A stretch of 30,458 nucleotides of DNA from Bacteroidales bacterium (GTDB taxonomy: Bacteria; Bacteroidota; Bacteroidia; Bacteroidales; GCA-2748055). The position numbers and the translations under genes were made by a program. Below are positions 1-7,278 of this stretch, piece by piece; position 1 is the stretch's first letter, and the number at the start of each line of letters is the position of its first letter. The stretch lies in the NCBI GenBank assembly GCA_024763595.1, contig JANTFK010000001.1, positions 1 to 30,458 on the forward strand, written 5' to 3'. The notes beneath the pieces were generated by a model. It saw only the letters and a list, made by a program, of their open reading frames with translations, did not search any database and was not told where the DNA came from.

Positions 1-733
1 CAGATGTCATATTAAATGTCACGTCCCCTCCCAGCCAGGGGGCATAGTGGGAATAGGCTCCTTTTATAAATACCCCTTTGTTGGGTGTAAAAATGTTATC
101 CCGGTAATCCAGTAACAGCAGGGGACCCAGTCCGCCGAGCCTGTTTTTCAGTTCCCACGGCTCCACATTGGGAATATCCAGAATATGGTCAAAAGTGACT
201 GTCGTAGAAGAAAACTTATAGCGAAATCCACCATACAGCTTGATCTGGCCAAGCCTGAAAGCGATCTGTTGAATAATCCCCATGGTTTCCAGGTTAAAGC
301 TGAACTCACCGGATAGCCGTGGTGGATAGTACGTTAGATTCAGGGAACCATAATATAGCCCTCCCACATAGCGGATATGATCATTTTTCCATACACCTGA
401 ATGGCCTCCCACCAATCCCCAGCTGCCATTTTCGGTATACATACCACCCACCATGGAAAGACTGGGAGGTGCATGTTCCCCCCTCTTCAGTGCTTCTATA
501 TCCCTGTGAATAAAGATGGGCCCGCCGGCCACTCCATATCCCACGGCCGGTTCTGTAACCGGCATTACAAAGGGCAGAAAGCCATATACGCTGGCCAGGA
601 AATAACTGAGATCCAGGGCTCCGTCCGCCGAATCCTTAAACGGGATCTTCTGCTTCTCCTGGGCATTTACCAGGTTGGTTGTGTTAAAAAGGGTAACTGT
701 CGCGACAAAAAGTACAGGGATAATCTTTTTCAT
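1..733 (-). CDS. BamA/TamA-like (Omp85 surface-antigen) outer-membrane beta-barrel protein; 3' end runs off the window
   Basis: Missing from the ORF track because it is truncated. Hand translation from ATG at 733 gives MKKIIPVLFVATVTLFNTTNLVNAQEKQKIPFKDSADGALDLSYFLASVYGFLPFVMPVTEPAVGYG...LLLDYRDNIFTPNKGVFIKG..., open to the window edge. It has a Sec signal peptide and the DxRDNxxxPxxG motif typical of Omp85-type barrels. Confidence 0.75.
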   Translation of the reverse strand, partial: MKKIIPVLFVATVTLFNTTNLVNAQEKQKIPFKDSADGALDLSYFLASVYGFLPFVMPVTEPAVGYGVAGGPIFIHRDIEALKRGEHAPPSLSMVGGMYTENGSWGLVGGHSGVWKNDHIRYVGGLYYGSLNLTYYPPRLSGEFSFNLETMGIIQQIAFRLGQIKLYGGFRYKFSSTTVTFDHILDIPNVEPWELKNRLGGLGPLLLLDYRDNIFTPNKGVFIKGAYSHYAPWLGGDVTFNMTS

Positions 734-756
734 CTGCAAATATTTTACTTTTCTTG

Positions 757-1782
757 TCAGAATCCGAACCTGTAATTAAGTGACAGCAGGAACGATTTCC
801 TGTTCCCGATGATCCCCCCTTCGGCCCTTAACTGCCATGACTTGTTATACTGGTACTGTCCGCCAATAATTATGTTCCATTCCTGCTGTGGTTCTTTCAG
901 CAGCCTGTATTCCACAGTGCCGTCACCATTTGCATGCTCCAGGTTTTCAACGATGGGATTCAGTATCCGGTTGGCAACAGGCCTCAAAGGGTCAAGCGGT
1001 CCCAGGTTATCGTACCAGATCCAGTAATCCTCCACGATCTCATCTCTTCGCTCCCATGTCTCCGGTGGAAGAACCTCATTCAGCACAATGGTCCCCTGGG
1101 TAATATTCCCCATTTTTAACCGCATGCCTCCAACCCAGAATGCAACATTGCTTTCCGGGTTTTTTCCAATCTGGAAAGCACGCCCAATTCGCTGTGAGAA
1201 GACACCACTCTGCACCGGATCCTCAAAATTGGACATTTTTGTCCATACCCAGTTTCCGTCAAGCACCAGGAAATATTTTCCCAATCCGAATGCCCCGGTG
1301 GTCCCAACACCATAGCTGAATCCCTCCAGCTCGGCCACGGTAGTCATCTGAACCGGGGAGGAAAGCTTCACACTCGTGGTGGCAAAAGTTTTCCCGATAA
1401 TTCCGTATACATTCAGGAAAGGAAAGATCCAGACATCGGGCCGGAAGGTAACAGAGTTGGCCACTGCATGCACCTCCTCAAACCGGATGATTTCTGAAAT
1501 GTCAGTCAAAGGAACATTTTCGAGGATCCCTCCTTCCACAGCTCCCTGGAACCCCACAGAAATTTCGGGGATCACCACATCCTGGCTTGCCCAGAAATAG
1601 TTGAGCATGATACCGGCCGGTTTGGGAATATCAAAGCCTTTCTCATAGGCTGCTTTACCCATGAAGGGCAGAACATAAGGGTATCCGGGCTTGATGGTAT
1701 CACCCGGTTGTAATTGGGAATACTGGGCTGATAACAAAGAGGTTACGACAATAAAAATAATGAAAAGCAAGGTCCGGTTCAT
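757..1782 (-). CDS. Outer-membrane beta-barrel protein of unknown function
   Basis: Track ORF 757..1821; the more likely start is ATG 1782 (MNRTLLFIIFIVVTSLLSAQ, a signal peptide). It has amphipathic strands and a C-terminal YRFGF ending in Phe, the Bam insertion signature. Confidence 0.7.
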   Translation of the reverse strand: MNRTLLFIIFIVVTSLLSAQYSQLQPGDTIKPGYPYVLPFMGKAAYEKGFDIPKPAGIMLNYFWASQDVVIPEISVGFQGAVEGGILENVPLTDISEIIRFEEVHAVANSVTFRPDVWIFPFLNVYGIIGKTFATTSVKLSSPVQMTTVAELEGFSYGVGTTGAFGLGKYFLVLDGNWVWTKMSNFEDPVQSGVFSQRIGRAFQIGKNPESNVAFWVGGMRLKMGNITQGTIVLNEVLPPETWERRDEIVEDYWIWYDNLGPLDPLRPVANRILNPIVENLEHANGDGTVEYRLLKEPQQEWNIIIGGQYQYNKSWQLRAEGGIIGNRKSFLLSLNYRFGF

Positions 1783-1884
1783 GGTTGCGGCAGTTCTACG
1801 GATAGTCAGTTCCGGTATCAAAACAATGCAGTTTAAACAACTATGATCCGCAGATTGTTTTCCTATTTACTGATGTTGTGCCAT

Positions 1885-2847
1885 TCAGGATAATTTCTCC
1901 CAGGGAAGGTCCGGATATTTCTGCTTCAGATCCATCAGTTTATCTTCTCGTTTACGGATCAATTTTGTATGGGCCTCTCCCTCTTTGATCATGGGGCGGT
2001 GCTCCAGCATCTTTAGCAGTGGTTCCATCTGCCGGATGATCTTCCTGCTTTCATCACTGAGCAGTGACCGGCTGAAACGTTCCCATATAAAATCAGTTGC
2101 CAGGGTACTGATATGCAGCATATCACCGGCATAAAAGCGATAATCGCGCAGTTCATCCATCACCAGTTCATAGGAGGGAAAATAGAAGAAGTGGCCGGGG
2201 AACTGATGCTGCAGTGCATCTCCTGCCAGCAGAAGGGCTGACTTGCTGAGTTGATTCCCGTGCGCCCCGTCTTTCCAGTGCCGTATGGGACTAATGGTAT
2301 AGATGATCTTCAGTTCCGGATGTGCATCAAATAACCGGGGTAACAGCTTTTCATATGCAACAATGATCTCCCGGGCGGAGAGCCGCTCCCTGGTGAACCG
2401 GTCCGCAGGGATTTTATGGCAGTTGGATACCACCTGCCCTGTTGCCATATACCTGTATAGCCAGGCAGTACCCCAGGTGAGTAACAGGAACTGTGCACCG
2501 GAAAAAATGGTGCCGGCATCTTTGCATGCCCGGTTGATCTTTTGCAAGGTAACGCCGGGATCAGTGGAAGAAAACAGTGTGTAATGATCGAAGGAAAACC
2601 ATAGATCATTATACCGTGACAGGTCAGATTTGGTATACTGCTTTTTCTGCATCAGTACTTCCAGCACTTTTTTCACCGATAAGGGATTATAGGTCACTCC
2701 GAATGGGTTTACCGAAACCGGGAAGAGGTACCTTTCCAGCATCCTGCCCACATGCTCGGTAAAGCATGATCCCAGCAGGAGTGTGGGTGACCGGTGGCCA
2801 ATCCTGAAGGGATAGGATGGCAGATCAATTTCTGTCCGGAAATTCAT
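1885..2847 (-). CDS. GSCFA domain-containing protein (SGNH-like)
   Basis: LLLGSCFTEHVG namesake motif, NPFGVTYNP, TISPIRH and YFPSYE. Likely start is ATG 2847 (MNFRTEID); the track's 38-aa N-terminal extension looks non-coding. Confidence 0.9.
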   Translation of the reverse strand: MNFRTEIDLPSYPFRIGHRSPTLLLGSCFTEHVGRMLERYLFPVSVNPFGVTYNPLSVKKVLEVLMQKKQYTKSDLSRYNDLWFSFDHYTLFSSTDPGVTLQKINRACKDAGTIFSGAQFLLLTWGTAWLYRYMATGQVVSNCHKIPADRFTRERLSAREIIVAYEKLLPRLFDAHPELKIIYTISPIRHWKDGAHGNQLSKSALLLAGDALQHQFPGHFFYFPSYELVMDELRDYRFYAGDMLHISTLATDFIWERFSRSLLSDESRKIIRQMEPLLKMLEHRPMIKEGEAHTKLIRKREDKLMDLKQKYPDLPWEKLS

Positions 2848-3072
2848 GTAAATGTCGTTTTTAACCCCACAACGAATATACAGAAAATGCGGCGAAGTTT
2901 TCAGATACCTCTCTCTTCCCGGGCACTGCCGGAAAATCAAAGAAACTGACAGAAAATCCATGGATTGAACAAAGATATTATTGCATAAGAGAGTAAATCT
3001 GTGTAATTTATACAGTTATACTGCTGAATAACAGGGATGCAATAATAGCTGTTTTTAAAATGTGAGACCGTA

Positions 3073-3315
3073 ATGAAGCGACAGAGATATATCATGCCAT
3101 CGGATATTGAGAAACAACTGGTAGTTCATGGTGTCATGGAGGATTATAAGCAACGTCCTGAATATCAGCAAAATGATTATATTGGTTGGATAGAAAGAGC
3201 AAAGCGGGAAAATACCAGGCAGACACGTATCAAACAGATGGTGGAAGAATTAATAACGGGGGGTGTTTATATGAAAATGGACCATCCGCCATCAAGGAAA
3301 ACTCAGGATAAGTGA
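3073..3315 (+). CDS. YdeI/OmpD-associated (OmdA, bacteriocin-protection) family small protein
   Basis: 80 aa; YQQNDYIGWIERAKRENTRQTRIKQMVEEL matches the family pattern Y..WI..AK...TR..RI..M...L. Confidence 0.8.
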   Translation: MKRQRYIMPSDIEKQLVVHGVMEDYKQRPEYQQNDYIGWIERAKRENTRQTRIKQMVEELITGGVYMKMDHPPSRKTQDK

Positions 3316-4316
3316 AAGTTAGAATTGGTATTGTACAAATGCAATCTGAACCATTGAAGGTCGATAGGAACCTTGCATTGGCAGAGCGCCTTATTGCAGA
3401 GGTATCTGATGCAGGCGCACAGATTGTGGTATTACCTGAACTGTTCAATGTTGGTTTTTATCTTGGTGAAGAACTCATGAAGCTTGCTGAAACACTGGAT
3501 GGAAAGACAGTCCGCCGGCTAAAGTCTATTTCCTCAAATCGAAAGATCTACCTGACCACAAGCATCTATGAGATCTATCAGGGGCACTACTACAACACAA
3601 TGGTGATGGTAGGTTACGATGGCAGTGTACAGCATTACCGGAAACGTAACCCCACATGGTTTGAAACATCTGTCTGGAGGAGAAGTGATAAAGCGGGTCC
3701 GGGAATATTCGAGACTCCTTACGGGCGCGTTGGCGGTGTCATTTGCTTCGATTCATTTTCCATGGAGACATTTCAGGGTTTCAAAAAGAGCGCTGTTGAT
3801 CTGGTTATTATTGTTTCTTGCTGGGGCACATCTGACAGCTGCAAAAAGCGGTTTGACGTGATGCTTGCCCGTCCGGCACTGAGAAAATTTTCTGTATTGG
3901 CCACAGAAACTGTACCACTGAATTATGCTACTCGACTGGGTGTCCCCACTGTCCTTGTCAATCAGGGAGGTGCAACGCATACTCCCGGTCAGGTACCGCG
4001 TTTTTATCCATTACCACCTTTAAAGAACATTAAATACGAGTTCATTGGAAATTCGAGTATTCGTAATGCGTCAGGTAAGGTTCTGGTGCAGGCAGTAGGG
4101 AATGTAAGCGAATTTTGTGCGGTGGAAGAAGTTGAGGTGGAGCCAACCGTCCCACCTCCCGGGCATAAACGAACGGACATTGCCAACAGGTATCTGGCCT
4201 CTGAATACTATTTTGTGAAACCGCCTCTGATGGCCCGAATCTTTCAGGCCTACTTTTACTCCGGGCTTCAAAAAATTTATGAAAAAAACAGAAAAAAATA
4301 TCAGCCTCATTTCTAA
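3312..4316 (+). CDS. Carbon-nitrogen hydrolase (nitrilase superfamily) protein
   Basis: Glu-Lys-Cys triad contexts are present: VVLPELF, HYRKRNP and VICFDS. The GTG start overlaps the upstream stop (GTGA), implying translational coupling. Confidence 0.9.
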   Translation: MKVRIGIVQMQSEPLKVDRNLALAERLIAEVSDAGAQIVVLPELFNVGFYLGEELMKLAETLDGKTVRRLKSISSNRKIYLTTSIYEIYQGHYYNTMVMVGYDGSVQHYRKRNPTWFETSVWRRSDKAGPGIFETPYGRVGGVICFDSFSMETFQGFKKSAVDLVIIVSCWGTSDSCKKRFDVMLARPALRKFSVLATETVPLNYATRLGVPTVLVNQGGATHTPGQVPRFYPLPPLKNIKYEFIGNSSIRNASGKVLVQAVGNVSEFCAVEEVEVEPTVPPPGHKRTDIANRYLASEYYFVKPPLMARIFQAYFYSGLQKIYEKNRKKYQPHF

Positions 4317-6019
4317 GGTACAATGATTAATGGATGAAGAATCCGGTCATACCTAGCTGATATATCGCTAAAATCAGGATCGCTCCCCTTGCCGGAACTA
4401 AACGGGAACAGGACCATCTTTTCATACATGGTTGTGCCTTCATGCAACGGTGTTATCAATGTATAAATATCAGAGAGGTAAGTGAGATTGGCAGCACGAA
4501 TGGTATAGACCCCCTTGTCACGGTAAACACTGACATAGCTTTTCGTCCGGCTTCTGTTCGGGTGCTGGCCTTTATTATTGAACAGTGCACTCCCGGCTGT
4601 AACAATGGCCATGCCATAACCCTTTTCTGTGTTATAAAGCGCCATCCAGGGAGTATTGACAGGCGCATTGGCTATCGGGGGAGATCCCGTATCATTCCCT
4701 TTTGCAAGCTCCAGTGAGATCGTTTTTATCTTTCCGTTTGGTAAGGGCCAGGCAGCATGGGTAAACATATGATTTGAAAATATCATTCCCTGATTGCGAA
4801 GTGCGTAAGCACGGCAATCCTCAACGATTCGAACAGACGACTCTAAATGAATTTCAGGACGATCAGCGTAGAACCGGTAGCGAACATGGGCTTCAGCTTC
4901 GGGAACATTGTGCATGCTTCCCCAGCGAATATTCTCACAAAAGACCGGTCCTTTGATCGAACGGACCATATATTCACCGGGATTCCAGTCAAAAGCATGA
5001 CTCCATTCCCGGCCTTCCACAAAAATTCCCGGTGTGCGGTTGATTGGCCTTATATCGTCGGGAAGATCCCTTGGATCATCATATCTGTATTCCATCGACC
5101 GTTGTTTATCGAACCAGGAAAACAACTGGCCTGACTTTGGGCTTAATCGCACACGGTAGAAATCATTTTCAACCAGCGTATCAGTCGTTACGGCAGATTT
5201 CATTGTAATGTTATTTTTTATCCGGGGGGAAGGATCGTCAGGACAATCCCATAACACAACCATCGCCTCAGCACGGGCTTTTAGTGAAAGTTGTACGGTG
5301 GCCCTGAAACGCACAACCGGTTCCTGGCTCCACAACCCGGTACAACCGAAAAGATGCTCCACATCGTAAACCTGGCATGGTATTTCCTGGTATGTTCCCG
5401 GTGAAGTCATCAAAGTAGCACGCAAATTTAGATCAGGGTCCCTGAAAACCGATTCTTGAATGGTAATATCGAATTCAACCGGTTCGTTCCTGCGGTCCAG
5501 TCCGGCCTCTTCACAAACCCTGAAAATCTGGTTACCGCCATTTGACTTCTCCCAGAAACCTCCTTTCCCGGGTGCCGGGGCTTCAAATACCAGGCTTCCG
5601 AGATCAATACCACATTGATACATCAATGTAATTGAATTTATTTCACCACTGCTCCAGGCAAAAGGTATATAGAGCTCTACCTTCTTCTTATTAACATGAT
5701 GAATGGCATTATCATCAAACCGAACCCCATCTACTATCCAGTATGTGTAAAGTGGTTCTTTTCCGTTAACAAATACGGTATAAGGTTTTAACAGCTCGTC
5801 CTCTGCAAACTGATCGGTATTCAATGTAACATGTATATGCAACTCCCGGATCTCTGGCGACCAGTACCCGTATTCATATTTAGCAAGATTGATTCCAAAA
5901 TCACCTTTTCCCGGGTTTGTTCTTTCCGCAGCCGGAAGAGGCACTGTTATAACAAAAAGTACTGTCAATTGCAGGTACAAAATGCATGATTTTTTAAATC
6001 TGTTTACGGGTTTTATCAT
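4313..6019 (-). CDS. Large secreted hypothetical protein, possibly with a supersandwich (galactose-mutarotase-like) carbohydrate-related module
   Basis: 578-aa track ORF from TTG 6049; ATG 6019 is more likely because it gives the signal peptide MIKPVNRFKKSCILYLQLTVLFVITVPLPA. Beta-rich; VENDFYRVRLSPKSGQL resembles the start of GH38-C-type supersandwich domains. The function call is weak. Confidence 0.7.
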   Translation of the reverse strand: MIKPVNRFKKSCILYLQLTVLFVITVPLPAAERTNPGKGDFGINLAKYEYGYWSPEIRELHIHVTLNTDQFAEDELLKPYTVFVNGKEPLYTYWIVDGVRFDDNAIHHVNKKKVELYIPFAWSSGEINSITLMYQCGIDLGSLVFEAPAPGKGGFWEKSNGGNQIFRVCEEAGLDRRNEPVEFDITIQESVFRDPDLNLRATLMTSPGTYQEIPCQVYDVEHLFGCTGLWSQEPVVRFRATVQLSLKARAEAMVVLWDCPDDPSPRIKNNITMKSAVTTDTLVENDFYRVRLSPKSGQLFSWFDKQRSMEYRYDDPRDLPDDIRPINRTPGIFVEGREWSHAFDWNPGEYMVRSIKGPVFCENIRWGSMHNVPEAEAHVRYRFYADRPEIHLESSVRIVEDCRAYALRNQGMIFSNHMFTHAAWPLPNGKIKTISLELAKGNDTGSPPIANAPVNTPWMALYNTEKGYGMAIVTAGSALFNNKGQHPNRSRTKSYVSVYRDKGVYTIRAANLTYLSDIYTLITPLHEGTTMYEKMVLFPFSSGKGSDPDFSDISARYDRILHPLIIVP

Positions 6020-6313
6020 GATGAAAAAGTTTTTTGACTTACACTTCAAGCGATTTCAGGAATCCCCGGGAGATCCGGATGGTAGCGTGACGAGGGCCTG
6101 GTATTCAGTTTTATAACTGCCTTGCCTCTTGTCTGCCGGGTACGTATACCCAGTGCACTGACAGGTAGCGCTGCGAGGGATGCCAGGCCGATTCGGAGAA
6201 AATTTAGTCTGCTGATGATGCGTTCCCTATTTTGTATTTTATGGTTTAAAAAAATTAAAGATATGAATTAATTACTTTCGTGCTCGTGCACATTGAATGA
6301 AAGCGTTCCAGAT

Positions 6314-6424
6314 ACGGCCTTTACGACATCACTCGCCAGGTGGAGGCAATCGTAGCTGAATCCGGTGTTCAGGCCGGCCTTGTCAATGTCTATGCCCAGG
6401 GAGCCACTACCGGAATTATGATTC
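6314..6424 (+). pseudogene. yjbQ: yjbQ 5' fragment, copy 1
   Basis: Encodes GLYDITRQVEAIVAESGVQAGLVNVYAQGATTGIMI, then diverges and stops. By hand count it matches intact yjbQ (10514-10621) at 85 of 108 nt. A possible eroded start lies at 6297 (ATG AAA GCG TTC CAG ATA), out of frame. Confidence 0.9.
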
Positions 6425-6520
6425 TTGTCATTTGAATATACCCTCTTTTCGTCATTGCTGTATCAACTTAATTGTACCTTATTTGGTAGTTTTATTAAAG
6501 ATGGATATTGCTAATTCGTA

Positions 6521-6549
6521 TTGACAAATACATACATATTGTATATATT
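6521..6549 (+). promoter_or_regulatory. Sigma70-type promoter of vapBC with an overlapping inverted repeat (candidate autoregulatory operator)
   Basis: TTGACA (6521-6526), 17 nt, TATATT (6544-6549). The inverted repeat ATACA-tat-TGTAT lies between the two boxes. The vapB ATG is 7 nt after the -10 box. Confidence 0.65.
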
Positions 6550-6555
6550 GCAGAC

Positions 6556-6753
6556 ATGAAAACAACATTAAATATAGATGATCAGATTCTCAGAAAAGCT
6601 TCCATGCTTACTGGAATATCTGAAAAAACCACTCTGGTAAGAAAAGGATTGGAAGCATTGATCGCCCAGGAGAGTGCCAAAAGGCTTGCTGCTCTTGGAG
6701 GAAGTGAAAAGCAACTGAAAAGCATTCCCAGGAGAAAATCGATCACTGAATGA
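6556..6753 (+). CDS. vapB: Type II antitoxin, VapB family (ribbon-helix-helix type)
   Basis: 65 aa from ATG 6556: MKTTLNIDDQILRKASMLTGISEKTTLVRKGLEALI... Its stop overlaps the PIN-toxin start (ATGA at 6750-6753). Confidence 0.85.
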   Translation: MKTTLNIDDQILRKASMLTGISEKTTLVRKGLEALIAQESAKRLAALGGSEKQLKSIPRRKSITE

Positions 6754-7157
6754 TATTGGTGGATACATCTGTTTGGATTGATCACTTTCATCATTCCGAT
6801 GAGGATTTAAAAGAATTGCTTCTTTCAAACCAGGTTTGCATTCATCCTTTTATTCTTGGCGAATTGAGCTGTGGGAATATTTCGAATCGAAAAGAAGTTC
6901 TATCACTTCTCAGGACACTCAGGATGATTGATCCGGTGCTGGATGAAGAAGTCTTCATTCTTATTGAAGAAAGAAAACTGTTTGGCAAGGGATTGGGATT
7001 TATTGATGTTCATTTACTTGCTTCATCATTGGTACATCATGTCCCTATTTGGACAAGAGATAAATCTTTAAAGCGGGTAACCGGAGAATTGAGTATCCAC
7101 TACGGACCACAACGGCTTCTACGACATAACCAGCCAGGTGGAAGCCATTGTCCCTGA
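6750..7157 (+). CDS. vapC: Type II toxin VapC, PIN-domain ribonuclease
   Basis: MILVDTSVWIDHF N-terminus with PIN acidic residues in VDT, GEL, FIDVHL and WTRDK. The last ~20 codons are read out of frame from the yjbQ fragment. Confidence 0.92.
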   Translation: MILVDTSVWIDHFHHSDEDLKELLLSNQVCIHPFILGELSCGNISNRKEVLSLLRTLRMIDPVLDEEVFILIEERKLFGKGLGFIDVHLLASSLVHHVPIWTRDKSLKRVTGELSIHYGPQRLLRHNQPGGSHCP

Positions 7158-7224
7158 ATCCGGAGTGCAGGCCGGCCTTGTCAATGTCTATGCCCAGGGA
7201 GCCACGGCGGGGATCATGATCCAG
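7093..7224 (+). pseudogene. yjbQ: yjbQ 5' fragment, copy 2
   Basis: Encodes VSTTDHNGFYDITSQVEAIVPESGVQAGLVNVYAQGATAGIMIQ, with no start codon. It shares an exact 38-nt block with copy 1 (7168-7205 = 6370-6407) and matches intact yjbQ at 84 of 108 nt by hand count. Confidence 0.92.
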
Positions 7225-7278
7225 TTCAAATTCATAGCCCCCAATTGACCTTCCAATCTGGCATGGGTCGAATATCCT

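Larger units (their letters stand above)
6425..7224. mobile_element. Putative integrated segment A (vapBC plus yjbQ 5' copy), integrase-less
   Basis: Bounded by the shared breakpoints of yjbQ copies 1 and 2. Three sampled 60-nt lines are 28-35% GC versus 58% in a sampled sufB line. No recombinase gene is present; mobility is inferred. Confidence 0.5.

Noticed and set aside
2848-2961. 38-aa N-terminal extension of the GSCFA ORF
   Set aside because: The composition is not protein-like, a TATATTCG promoter-like element (2873-2880, minus strand) lies within it, and the family normally begins near MxFRT.
6138-6160. Small palindromes GGGTA-CGTA-TACCC and CAGTGCACTG
   Set aside because: They are short, have no U-tract and no second copy in the window, and are compatible with chance.
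6256-6267. TAAAGATATGAA shared with 10353-10364, upstream of two yjbQ copies
   Set aside because: It reads as a minus-strand -7-like promoter element (TATCTTTA) in AT-rich DNA and lies at different distances from the yjbQ copies, so it is not good evidence of extended homology.
6314-7224. CRISPR array or IS terminal repeats as an explanation of the repeated block
   Set aside because: The repeats are about 110-130 nt, protein-coding in origin, unevenly spaced and direct. There are no spacers, cas genes, transposase or inverted ends.
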